From assembly GCA_026026165.1 (NCBI GenBank), contig JAPEUD010000021.1, positions 62,001 through 126,000 on the forward strand: DNA of 64,000 nt, given 5' to 3'. Made by a program: the position numbers and the translations under genes. Of the stretch, positions 26,800-39,100 are shown piece after piece (position 1 is the stretch's first letter; each line of letters opens with the position of its first letter). The notes beneath the pieces are model-generated. The model ran no database searches and was not told the origin of the DNA. It was given only the letters and a program-made list of their open reading frames with translations. The stretch comes from Sarea resinae. Its lineage: Eukaryota.

Positions 26800-27780
26800 A
26801 TTTTGTAGTGTCTAGCCTCACCTCTGTTGTCGTGTCTTGTTTTGTATTATTCCCTATCATCTACGCCCCCTAGCTATAAGATGAGTCTGTATCCCTCCTC
26901 TACCTCCCCGCCCCGTCCTAGATCGCAACAACTATCTAAGCAAAGCAAAGCAACGCAAGATAGTCCAACACCTTAACACCTACGCCCATATAACATCCTA
27001 ACGTCCTGTCACAAAATCCTCTGTCTTAGACATCTTCGATATTAGTAGTAGTAGTAGTAGTAGAGAGAGTCTCTAGAAAGTCGAGAATACTATAAGCACA
27101 GATGCCACTTCATGAAGTATATCTAGCAGTTGTAGTGCTATAATTTATTAGAGAAGTAGTAGTAGTAGTAGTAGCAGCAGAATATAGAAAGTAAAATCGT
27201 CTGTAGTTATATCTACCTTGTACCTCATTATTGATGATTTATTCTAAGTACCTAGAAAACCTAGAGCTAGAGCTAAACTATACTACAAAGTACTATATAG
27301 TCAGTAATTAGTATAAGAGGAAAGTAAGAAGAGTTAGTCTTCTTCTTCTTCTTCTTCTTCTTCTTCTCTTTCTTTCTCTCTCTTATACTCTTATAAACAC
27401 AACCTCTTCTCTTCTCTTCTACTCTACTCTACCCTATATAAGCACCTCTCTTGTTAAAACCCTAACCCTCACTATAACCTGAGAGCACTCCTAACTACCT
27501 ACCTACTCTTTCTACATACTACTCATACAATAACGCTTTAAGCGGCACCTTTCACTTTTCACTTTTGACTTTCCTTTCCAGTCGACCTAGAAGAGTATAG
27601 ATATAGCGCCACAGCACCTATAAGACTAGACTTGTACGAGAAAAAAAGAACATAGATACAAGCACAAGAAACAGAGTAGGAAACCGAATGCGATTCTCAA
27701 CGCCGGTGTTATCCTAACTTTAGTATCCTATCCCACCCTACCTATGCTAAGGTAGGTATGCTATCCTATCCAGAGAGAGT
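26800..27780. other. AT-rich TpA-enriched tract with microsatellites (RIP-like signature)
   Basis: 27241-27300 has 13 TpA, 1 CpA and 0 TpG. (TAG)n at about 27042-27063 and 27155-27173; (CTT)n at about 27339-27366. Confidence 0.7.
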
Positions 27781-28278
27781 CTACTGCACAAGACCGAGAC
27801 AAAGACAAAGACAGAGCTATACCACGCACGCACGTCAAGCATGCTTTTCCCCTATTCCCTTTCCCGATTCCCTTTCCCTATTCCCTTGCCCTTTCGCTTT
27901 GTCCGTTTTCCGTTTGGCGTTTTGCGTCGCTTTATGGAGGCCGACACCTCGATCAAGATCGGGCATCGGGCATGTGTGCGGGCCAAAGTTCAAGCTTCAA
28001 GGTTCGGATCAGTTCGGATCAGATCAGAGAGATACATAGGAGAGAAAAGAGACCGGGCTGCGCCACCATGTAGGCATCTATGCATCTCTACCCAGGAGCC
28101 ACGGTCGTGAGCTCCAAGCTCAAGCTTATGCTCAAGCCTATGCTCAGGCTGAGAAAGGAAATGGGTCTATAGATCGGAAATCCGTTTTCCGTATGTCTCC
28201 GTCGTATGTCTCCTTTTTCATGTCTTTCTTACGTCTTCTCGTACGTTTCTCATACTTCTCTCATACGTCTCACACATC

Positions 28279-29156
28279 TCATACATCCCGCCAGGACCCC
28301 TGCTGCGGTCTCGAAGGCAGTTCGTAAACCGTCGTGCCGGATAGATTGCCATGCGAAGAAGGCGGCGCCGCATAGGCACCACCACCACCACCACCACCAC
28401 CACCACCAGCGGCAGCTTGTTCGTAGCCGTACCCCCGGGCGCCCGCGTATCCCTGCGGATATCCCATCCCACCACCACCACCACCACTTGCAGCACCAGC
28501 GTACCCAGCATTTTCCGGCGCCAACATGGGCGCATTGGCTCCCATGCGGCCCATCTCGAGATCGTCGTCGCGGCCACCGCTGACGGGCACGTGGGCGTGC
28601 GACGACGAGTCCCAGGACGGCATGTGCGGCAGGGCGTCGTCGTGCGGCGGCGCCTTTGCCGGAGAAGGGGCGTCGAACTGGGCGTAGCGCGGCGTGTTAT
28701 CGTACGGGTTGTAGCCGTAGCTCGGCGGCGGCGGGGCTGGGGCGTAGCCGGCGGCCGGTGGGTAGTAGGGCGCCGGCTGGAAGTATTGCTGCGTGTTGCG
28801 TCCGCCTCGGTCGCGTCGACGGCCGCGGCCGGTGCGGCAGAGCGACGGGCAGCAGACGAGGCACTCGAGGCATTCGCAGCAGCAGGAGAGGCCCATGCAG
28901 GTGCAGCGCACGAGGCAGGTCAGGAGCGAGAGGACGAGGATGACGCCGAGGATGATGCCGATGATTGCTGGCCATCTTTGGGCATATTAGTCTTCTGGCG
29001 GTAGAGACGAGTATGGGGCGGGTGAGGGGGGGTGAGCACGTACTTGCAATATGCTTTCTGCATGCATTGATGCCAGCTGGAGAATGTTCTGGGAGACGAT
29101 TCGATGGACGAGAGGGTGCTGTCTCTCGGGACGAAGGAGAGCAGATCGGAAAACAT
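28279..29156 (-). CDS. Small single-TM protein with Cys-rich juxtamembrane cluster and Pro/Gly/Tyr-rich tail (conserved fungal family often labelled fibroin-3-related)
   Basis: MFSDLL...TFSSWHQCMQKAYCK|WPAIIGIILGVILVLSLLTCLVRCTCMGLSCCCECLECLVCC...PRYAQFD...DDALPHMPSW. One intron (GTACGT...CTAAT...AAG). Strong GC3 codon bias. Confidence 0.85.
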
Positions 29157-30435
29157 GTTTGGATGCGGCGGGGTGGAGCGGAGTGGAGTGGAGTGGAGTG
29201 GAGTGGAGTAAAAAGAGCGTCGAAGAGGATAATAGAAAGTGTCGCGGATGGCGACGATGCGTAGTAGATCTCCTCTTCCCTCACCAGCAGTAAATACTCA
29301 ATCAACAGGATTTGAGATCATTCGTTCAATCGTTGCCTCATCCAACCCCTCGCATCAGTCGTAGTGGCGCACGAAGCAAGAGATGGCAGGTCGGGTCGAT
29401 ATCTCGGTGAACAACAAGAGAGTCGTGGACGACGTGATCTTCGATCGTCAGGAACGTTTGCGCATTCGTGTGTTAAAAAGGAAAAGTGAGAATGGCGAAA
29501 CTGGCAATGGTTGTCAGATGCCTCTACTACAGCAGATTTGGTTTCACGACATGGCGAGCAGGACTACGGGGTCGGCGAACATCGTAATCGTCCTCGTGGA
29601 CTCGTCTCTTGTCTCTTCTCTCTTGTCCAGCCCTGGAGAGATTGCCAGGGTTCCGAGGGGTCCAAAGTAACTGCATCGGTACAAGTATATCAAAGCTTGG
29701 CTGCGTGCTGCGTACGGAGTTACCTTGCCTTACTATGAGTACTCATACTACTCTAAGAGTACTCATACTACTCTAGTAGCGAGGCTGTGAACTTGCGTTT
29801 CAGCGGCATGTGTGGATTGTGGCTGGGGCAACTGGCAACTACTGCGCAGTACTCCAGACTAAATCTTTGCCAAATATAGCGACCGATTCTCCACACAACC
29901 CCGCGGCGAGAGCATTCAAGACGGCGAAGATTCCATCCTTTCGCGGGGCCACGTAATCGGTGATACGGACAGGGCGGTCTGCTCTTGAACACAAATCTCG
30001 TGACATCCTCCTTTTCGGAATGTCAGAGCTTACGCCGTGCATTCAGATTTGCCGTCTTGAGTGACTATCTCGGCAAAAATCACATCAGGTTCAACTCTTG
30101 AGATGGTTATTAAAGACGTTACGGAATCTGACGATTCAACAATGTACAACGAAGGAATCAGGATTACTCCCGCGGTCCACCATAGAGACCCGGTTCATTA
30201 AACAGGAGAGGAAAATTTGGCGCCAGAGTAGAAGCAACGGCAACATCGAAGAGCAAGACAGCAAGAGAGTTTTCCAGAGGTAAGATCAACGGTCCGCAAT
30301 TTGAGTAAACTCCGTGGAAACAAGCACCAGAGCCAAAGCACACCAACGCCGCCAGAGACCCTCCCATCATGCTCGTGATAGCGTGCGTACACTTATCAGC
30401 CGTTGGCTGAACGTGCTCGCGCTGAGTTGGTGGCA

Positions 30436-31152
30436 TCACCTGATGACCCCGTCTTCATGCATTTTCGCATGCCCTGGAGGGGATCCCGGTGGAGGAGCGT
30501 AGACGGGATCGCCGCCCCTCTGAGGTTGATATGCGTTCGGAGGCTGTTGCAGCTCGATGCCACTCTGTTGCCCGTAATAGGTTTGGTTTTCACCATAGTA
30601 GCCGTGAACCGGAGGTGGTGAGTATGGAGGTGCCGGTGCATCTTGTGGCTGATAGTTTTCTTGGTAGTATGGTTGTTGTCCCGGGGCATATTGAGCTTCG
30701 CCATGTCCTGGAGGAGTCTTTCCACCAAGCCATCCGGTGCCGCGGTATGGGGTCAATCCAGCATGACGTCGACGACGTGCATTGACACAGCTGCAAAGTG
30801 GACGATGAGCATCTTCCGATTTAACTATTAGATGAAACTTACGAGACGATGACGAAGATTCCAAATGCAGCGACGAGAATAGCTGCCAGGACGACCCAAC
30901 GACCCCAGTTGTACCAGTTACTGTTACCGCAACTGTCATGGATTAGCGACGATTTTGAATTCGGAAGCCGTGGCGTCCAACATACTTGGAACCGTTGCAG
31001 TAATTACCGCCGCCGCTGCGAGAAGTCAGTTCATATTCTCTCAGTTTCAACCAAGAGGTCGAGATTCGCCTCCGAATGCCTCACAATGATATGCATCCGT
31101 TTTGGCGCGCAAGAGAGACTCACTAATAGTAACCTTGTCGTGGTAGAATCAT
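30436..31152 (-). CDS. RCR-family (chitin synthesis regulation / Congo red resistance) single-TM protein
   Basis: Spliced as MILPRQGYY|YGGGNYCNGS|NCGNSNWYNWGRWVVLAAILVAAFGIFVIVS|CVNARRRRHAGLTPYRGTGWL...APPYSPP...YAPPPGSPP. Three canonical introns. Confidence 0.82.
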
Positions 31153-33122
31153 GGCTGCAGTGGCGCACAATGGTGGCCGAGATCGTCTACGTAATGCAGA
31201 GGCGACGTAACAATGCAGCAGATGAATCGGCAGGATGCGCGAGAACGTGAGGTGCTCCCAGACTCTTAAGAAAGAATAGATGCCTGAAGATGATCAGAGC
31301 AGTGGTAAAGAGGTTGACATCAAAAGAACGACTGGAAAGAAGATAGGTGGAATGGTGGGGGAATTGTTGATGGGATTGATGGTGGCCAAGGGCGGGAGTC
31401 GATGGCTGGCGATTGCTTGGAATCTGGATGAACGCATCGATCGATTATCGGTCTAGACGCTGGTGGGAGGTGGTGGAGGTGAATACGCGTACCACCACCC
31501 TTACGGAGTACTACGTAGTACTCCGACCTCCTCGGAGTACTGCGTGCTCTGGTGGGTGATGATGGTGGTGGTGGTGATATCCTGCGGTAGGGCGTGGCTG
31601 TGTTCGGGTGACTCTGGTACCGCGTTGCCGGCCTCGGTCAGCCAAGCAAGGCCAAGCAGCGGCCAAGCAGAGGCCAAGCCGATTTACGAACAATTCTTCC
31701 GACTCTTCGACGCTCTCTGTTTGTTTCGGGTATACCGTGTTCTCAACAGGAATAATGGAGCGCGTCGATGGGAATTAGCATGGACTCAAAAGAAATCATC
31801 AGAATTGCGAGAGGCACCATCGACGGAGAGGGTGACTGGATCAATGATGCATTCATCGACGGCGCAGTAGAGTGTCAAGGTTCAGCCGTATGCTACCTAG
31901 GGCGAGACAGGGAGAAGCAAGGCGAACACTGAATGCTCTTGTTTACTGTGTTTCCTGCGCAGTCCGGCTCCAGTACCTGATTCAAATCATCCATCTCCAG
32001 TTCCACGCAGGGGATTCACCGCTTTATATGGATCATGGCCTCCTCTACTGATCAGATCACATCCAGCTTCATGCATCAGCATCGGCATCGAGAGCGAGAG
32101 ACTTGACCTTACTGCGAAGGTAAGGTGGTAGACGGGTAATAGACAAGTACACGCAGGTCGCCCTTCGCTTCGAGGGGTGTTCGGTGGCCGTCGAGACTTG
32201 CAAGTACTTGAGACGTAGTCCGGCAGTGCCGTCGCCGTCGCCCGCACCGGTGCCGGGCAGAGGTATCGTGTCGGTACTCCAGCCACATCGCGACCCACGG
32301 GCGAATCACAAGTGTCAATGTCGCTGCAGCGGGACGCTAGCAAGGGAGATCGGGCATGACAGTTCATCAGAGACAAGAGGTGCCAACGCATAGGTGGTCC
32401 GTGTGTGCGTGTGAGTGTGTCTGGTGAAGCAACCAGGCACCGCGACCTTATTATTTGTTCCAGCACGGCCCGCATGGCCATTCTGTGCCGGACACAATCC
32501 TCTGTCAAGGGGCAGGAGAGAGGAACGAGAGCAAATGTCCGACACGGATCCGTTGACTCGAGAGCGGGCCTCAATGCCTCATCTTCTACCCTCATCATCG
32601 ACCCGTCGAGCATCACTATCATACAGACCACAGAACGACGAAAGTCGAATATCAAGACAGACATGGAAACTCCGGAACGTCATTGGACTACTGAGTGAGA
32701 GAGAAAGAATGCACAATAGCCGCCTGAACACGCCCCGGTTCGATCCAGCAGAAAAGACCACATCACAAAGGAAATCACCCCAAACCTCCTCAGCTCATCG
32801 GCCAGAAATTATGCGATCCCTATTGATCAATGGCCGTGTTCTCATTCGATGTGCAATGAAGAACAATGTGTGAGAATTATCGCTCGCCAACGCAAAAGAG
32901 GAAACAAAACAATGCTACGGGCAGTGGAATGTATATGGCCATCGCTAGCCTGCAGTGTGAATGCTGCTTTCGTCTTTCCATCGCTTCGTTAACGTCGTGA
33001 AAATGTCGTGGAACTGACTACATGGGATCCTTTCATTAATCGTGTCGAATCATATGGCCGTGGCGCGGAAATCCGTTCTCATGGTCGACGGCCACAAGGG
33101 GAGCTCGATGCGTCGACCGGCA

Positions 33123-34125
33123 TTACTTGCTCGAGCGGGCGATCAGCCACTGCAGAACAGCATCAAGGTTGGTCTCTTCTTTTGCACTGATCCCATAGCA
33201 GCTGACTTCTCTGTGGAGGACGCGCTTCAAGTTCAACGCTTCGATCAGTTCGTCGACTGACACCTTGTTAGTCAAGTCTGACTTGTTGCCTAGTACCAAC
33301 AACGGGATGCCCGCGAGAGCAGGCTTCTCAAGAAGTGAATGGAGTTCCTCTCGAGCGACAGGCAAGGCGGCGCGATCGGCGGAGTCGACGATGAATCTAC
33401 GCTTCATCAGTATAAGAGCTGCCGATCCCGCGAGACATTAAGCCTACACTATCGCGTTGACCCCTCGACAATATCTCTCCCACATGGATCGAAACCTCGG
33501 CTGACCTCCGAGATCCCAACTTCGAAATCCAGAATCTGTCAGCTATGTTCCAACCATCGAGCCGTACGCCCGACCAGACGCTTGACGTCAAGGCTGATCA
33601 TATCTCATATTATGGATCGCAGACGGGCATTTCTGAAAAATAAAAAACTCTTACCATTTGAGGGTGACGTGGCCTTTTTGAACACGCTTCATGTTGAAGC
33701 CTACGGTGGGAATCGAGCTGTACGGATAGGCAGAACGATTAGAAGGTTATCGACCGGTCCATGGGAGGACTGGCTTACTCGATTGTGAACTCGCCGCCCT
33801 GCGCGATGTTCCATCAGCTCCATGTTCTTTCGCAACGCGGTCGAAGTCGTAACGGTCGGGCAAAAGGACTCACCGCTAGAACTCTCAGTAGAGAAGTTTT
33901 GCCAGCATTCTGCAAGCCGATCATTGTTATGTCCATCTCCGTTGCCCTACGCATCAATACGATCAGCCTGCCGTTGTCGACTGGACATTATCGTCCTCTG
34001 CTCATTGGGGGCGAGAGCTGCAATGCGCCGGCCACTATTGCGCGGGCGGCTTAGCCGGTGAAGGGTCCAACTAACCAAAACAAACGCAGCAGCCAATCAT
34101 AGATACGCTTGAAGAGACCTGCCAT
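33123..34125 (-). CDS. ARL8: Arf-like small GTPase Arl8
   Basis: [35 protein letters not shown]...SIPTVGFNM...[25 protein letters not shown]...VLGNKSDL...CYGISAKE. Five introns. No Gly2 myristoylation site, as typical of Arl8. Confidence 0.95.
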
Positions 34126-36152
34126 GATTTCGCTACTGGATAAAGTCGGCGTCTATGGCTGTGTGGAGAGAAGGGCCACGACCAGTCGTCGCGAGGCTGA
34201 GAATATGGAGCTTCAAAAAACCCTGGTTGGCGGTGGATAATGAAGGCGGTAGAGCGGGGAGCGAGGGCAGCCGGCGTCTACGCTTGTGCGATAGCTCGAT
34301 AGGTAAGGTGGTATTACTGTGGTGAGACAATATGTACGCGAAGTAGCCGTAGCAGCAGCAGTAGTAATAAAAAAGAGTAACGGAGCAGATGAGAGACCAG
34401 CGTTGGGTATGCGTGGAGAGGGAGAGGGAGATAGATGGAGATCGATGGCCGTGATGCAGCAGCGGCCGTGACCAAGTTTTGCCCGTTTGGTGCCAGATCC
34501 AGTTCGGCCCACGGACAGACCGAGAAGAAAACGAAATCTATCGTGAGCGCCCGATCAGATCGTGGAGATGATGATTGTGGTGGGCGGGAGGACGAACATC
34601 ACGTTTGGGTGCAGGGTGCGGGCTGCAAGCTGAGGTAAGGTAGGTAGACAGGTAGGGAGGTATCAAGGTAGGTATTTGATGTAGAGTATTGGGTGGGTAG
34701 GGCAAGGTTGAGCATAGGTAGGTAGGTCAGTCAGGTCGAGCGAGAGGGAGTGGTAGAGGGAAGAAAAGAAAAAGAGAGCTCTGGAGATTAAAGCAATAAT
34801 ACTACGGATACTACTACTACGTCTGTCAAAGGCTCGAGCTTTGCTGCGGTCGGTCAGACTCGATTCACCCAAAGACCCAAAGCGGGCAACTGGGCTGGGC
34901 ATGGATGGAACTACAGCGTACTAACTTGGCCGCGTAGAGATATTAAAGTGCCAGTGACGGTGCCTGTGGGAAGTGCCCGTGGAAGTGCCTGTGCCAGTGC
35001 CAGTGCCAGTGCCCAGACCCCAGACCATCGAACGCGCGTGGGGAGAAGAGACGGATCCATGAGAGAGTCTGAGAGTATGAGGTACTACGTCGAGTACTAC
35101 TCATAGTAGTGGTGAGATGTCGGGATGTACTCGGAGTACCGATCCAGCGGTAGAGCTACCTCGAGAGAGGGCGGATGATCAGTGGGGAACCAAGTCTGGC
35201 TACCGTGCCGCCAGTCCTGACACGTCTCGCAGTCTCGCCGTCCCCCCAGGCATCACCACGAACATCATCGCTGGCCGTCATTCTCATGACTTCCTCGAGC
35301 AAACGGCGCATTGGCCATTCGAGGGAATTAGTTCATTGGACGGGTGTGTGTGGGCTGTACTGTGGTTCGAAGACCCATCGAGGGGCCGAGGGGCAGTCGA
35401 GCAGCGGCCAGTCCAGTGACAAGGCGCTGCTGCTGCTGCTACTGCTGCCCTCACCGACTACTGCGGCTGCTGGCTGCATCTCCACGCTCGAGCTGCATCT
35501 GTTACTGCATTCGGAGGTGCGTACCGGATCAAGTGGGATTATATTGCTTTTCGGGTGTACTCCTACTTGGCTACTGCGAAGTACTGCATGGGCCGTCTTC
35601 GATGCGACCTCGCGGCCGGGTATCGGGACTTTTGCGGGAGTAGCACCCAGAGCTTTCGACGGAGGAAATGCCTGGTGGCCGGCGAGAGAGCAAGGCATCG
35701 CTGTATCCGCTACCTGGGATGATTTCCCGTCATCCATCTCGCAGCGAGTCGTTGTAGTGCATGTAGGCAGCAGATCTGCCTCTTTGGCCCCTCAATCGGG
35801 CAGCGATTGATATTACCTAAGGATCGATCCATGTTACTGATCCATGGATGGCTTCCATTGTATCCATCGCTATCTCGCTATCCATTCGCATGTGCTACGG
35901 TACGGTGTAGCCCTCATGGCGTTCCAAGTATCCCTCCCTGCCGTAGTGAAGCGAGGCCTACAAACCAAACAGGCAATATAATTTTTTGAGCGATCAAGCT
36001 GCAAGCCTGCACGCAAGCCGGCATTTCCACGGCTCGAGACGTCAGCGATCTGTGAGGCATTCTTCTTTCTGTTGTGGATTAGACATCTTCACGTCATTAT
36101 CGAGCCCTTACTCGCACCGGTCTAGCTGTCCAGCCTTGGTGCTGAAACAGTC

Positions 36153-39100
36153 ATGGCACCCGTTGCCGCACGGAAAAGCACCAACACCAAGTGGACGGCC
36201 GAATTCGACACTGTCCGTCGGGAGAAGCTTTTCAGAAACCCGCCCAAGGACCATACCGCATATCCCGCCCTTGTCGAAGCATTGCGACCGCACATTGATT
36301 CCTTCAATGCGCTGTTCGACAAGAATGGCCTCGTCGAGCAAGGTCTCAAAGACATTGGCACAAAGGTCTTTCTCGATGGAGCGAACCAGGACAGTCCCGC
36401 AGATGGTGGATCGCGCAACAGCTTGAGCGTCCGAATAAGAGAAGTCTATTTGGAAAAGGCCGTCCTACCGCCAACGAACAAATTTTCGACCAAGAACAGA
36501 GACATCTACCCGGCAGAATGCAGAGAAAGACATGCCACATATCGAGGAAAGCTGAGAGCAAGAGTGGAGTACAGGGTCAATGATGGAGACTGGAAGACGA
36601 CCATTCGAGAGCTCGGGCAGGTTCCGATCATGTTGATGGTGAGCAACTGAATTGGTCTGGCATAGAACTATCAATTAATGGATCGCAGACGAATAGATGT
36701 CACCTGGAACACTGCAGCCCGGCGCAATTGGTACAACACAAGGAAGAGTCCGAAGAGCTTGGAGGCTATTTTATCGTCAACGGCAACGAGAAATTGGTCC
36801 GAATGTTGATTGTCTCGCGAAGAAATTTTCCCATGGCAATAGTTCGACCTTCTTTCGTCAACCGTGGTCATACTTATACGAAGTTTGGTGTGTCGATACG
36901 ATCAGTGCGTCCTGATCAGACATCGCAGACCAACGTTCTACATTATCTCAATGACGGCAACGTCACCTTCCGGTTTTCCTGGAGAAAGAATGAGTACCTC
37001 GTTCCGGTCATGATGATCTTGAAAGCTCTGGTCGAGACAAATGATCGAGAAATCTTTGAAGGCATCGTCGGTAGCGCAGGCTCCAAGGGTGTTGAGAGCA
37101 CCTTTCTTACCGACCGGGTGGAGCTCCTCCTGCGAACCTACAAAGCCTACGGGATTCATAGTAAATCGAAGACCCGGGCCTTTCTTGGAAATAAATTCAG
37201 GATTGTTCTGGGAGTTCCAGAGAACATGCCGGACGAGGAAGTTGGCACTGAGTTCTTGAGGAAGATCGTTCTACCACATCTTGGCTCGAACAATGTCACA
37301 GAAGCTCAGGATGTTGACAAGTTCAACATGCTACTCTTCATGGTCAGGAAACTATATGCGCTAGTTGCAGGCGACTGCGCTGTCGATAACCCCGATGCCG
37401 TATCGAACCAAGAAATCCTACTCGGTGGTTTCTTATACGGCATGATCCTCAAAGAGAAAATGGAAGACTGGCTTCTCTCTATTCGACTGGCCGTTGCTGA
37501 ATGGCTCTCAAGAAAAAATGCCAAATTCACGACGCCGGATTTCTTAAAGGAATTCCAGTCGAAGATTCTAGGCAGGACCAATGAGAATATCGGCGGAGCC
37601 ATGGAATACTTTCTATCGACCGGCAATTTAGTTAGTCCCAGCGGATTAGATCTGCAGCAGACATCTGGATATACGGTGGTGGCGGAGAAGATCAACTTTT
37701 ACCGATTCATAAGTCATTTCCGCATGGTCCATCGAGGAAGCTTTTTCGCTCAATTGAAGACGACTACTGTGCGAAAGCTTTTACCAGAGAGTTGGGGGTT
37801 CCTCTGCCCGGTACACACTCCCGATGGTAGTCCATGTGGTTTGCTCAACCATCTTGCCCACAAATGCAAGATTGCGACACATGGATTGGATGTTTCCGGA
37901 ATCCCAGCTTTAGTCACCGAACTAGGTGTGACCAATGCTTCCTCTGCATCGATAGAAGAGAGTGTTGTAGTGCAACTCGACGGACGAATCCTAGGTTTCT
38001 GTACGCCAAAGCAGGCCCGGGTCATTGGGGATACGCTTCGTCATTGGAAGGTCGAGGGAACTCACAACGTCCCTGTCGAACTCGAAATTGGATACGTTCC
38101 AAACTCCATTGGTGGTCAATATCCGGGCGTCTATCTCTTTTCCCAGCCTGCTCGAATGATTCGGCCGGTCAAATATCTGCCTCTCGACAGGGTCGATTAT
38201 GTCGGTCCGTTTGAGCAGCCGTTCATGTCCATCGCCTGCACAGAGCCCGAGATCACCTCGGGCGAATCAACACACGTCGAATATGACCCAACGAACATCC
38301 TCTCTATCATTGCCAATATGACTCCCTTCTCAGACTTCAATCAATCGCCGAGAAACATGTATCAGTGTCAGATGGGCAAACAAGCCATGGGCACTCCAGG
38401 CACTTCGCTACGCTATCGTACGGACAACAAGGCATACAGGCTTCAGACCGGTCAAACTCCCATCGTTCGGCCACCTCTTTACAATGAATACGGTCTTGAC
38501 AATTTCCCTAATGGTATGAATGCTGTTGTGGCTGTCATCTCATACACTGGCTACGACATGGACGATGCTATGATCTTGAACAAATCTGCGCACGAACGCG
38601 GTTTCGGGCATGGCACTATCTACAAGACCAAGCTCCTTTCCTTGGACGAATCCAGCCGTTCACGGTCCTCGAAACAAGTGTCGAAATTATGGGGATTCGC
38701 ACCTGGAGGCATTGTCAGGACCGAATGGCGTAACCGACTTGATGAAGATGGACTTCCCTACATTGGCATGATGGTCAACGAAGGCGATATCCTTGCCGCC
38801 CATCATTCGGTTACCTGGGACGCTGCAACAGGCGAATACATCAACCGCGACGGCCTCACCGAATTCCACAAGTACAAGGAGTCCGAAACTGCATTTGTCG
38901 AAGAAGTCCGCATCCTGGGGTCCGAGTCCGGCTCCGACCCGTGCCAAGCTCTCAGTATCAAATTGCGCATACCGCGTTCTCCCGTCATCGGTGACAAGTT
39001 CTCTTCCCGCCACGGCCAAAAGGGTGTGTGCTCTCAAAAATGGCCGGCGGTGGACATGCCATTTTCCGAGTCCGGCATCCAACCCGACGTTATCATCAAT

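Noticed and set aside
27457..27470. CCCTAACCCT telomere-like word, plus scattered TTAGGG at 21323-21922
   Set aside because: One or two units inside TpA-rich tracts; expected by chance and not an interstitial telomere or telomerase template.
32730..32750. GGTTCGAT T-loop-like word (also at 42744)
   Set aside because: No T-stem, acceptor stem or D-arm, so not a tRNA.
31987..32873. 225-aa and 152-aa intergenic ORFs, and similar ones at 35175-35810, 57097-57979 and 58935-59731
   Set aside because: Non-ATG or weak starts, implausible composition, no codon bias or splice structure.
35620..35680. Resemblance to RNase MRP/P CR-I (AAAGTCCC on -, GGAAATGCCTGGTGG on +)
   Set aside because: No matching CR-V partner with correct P4 geometry was found; kept only as an unclassified structure candidate.
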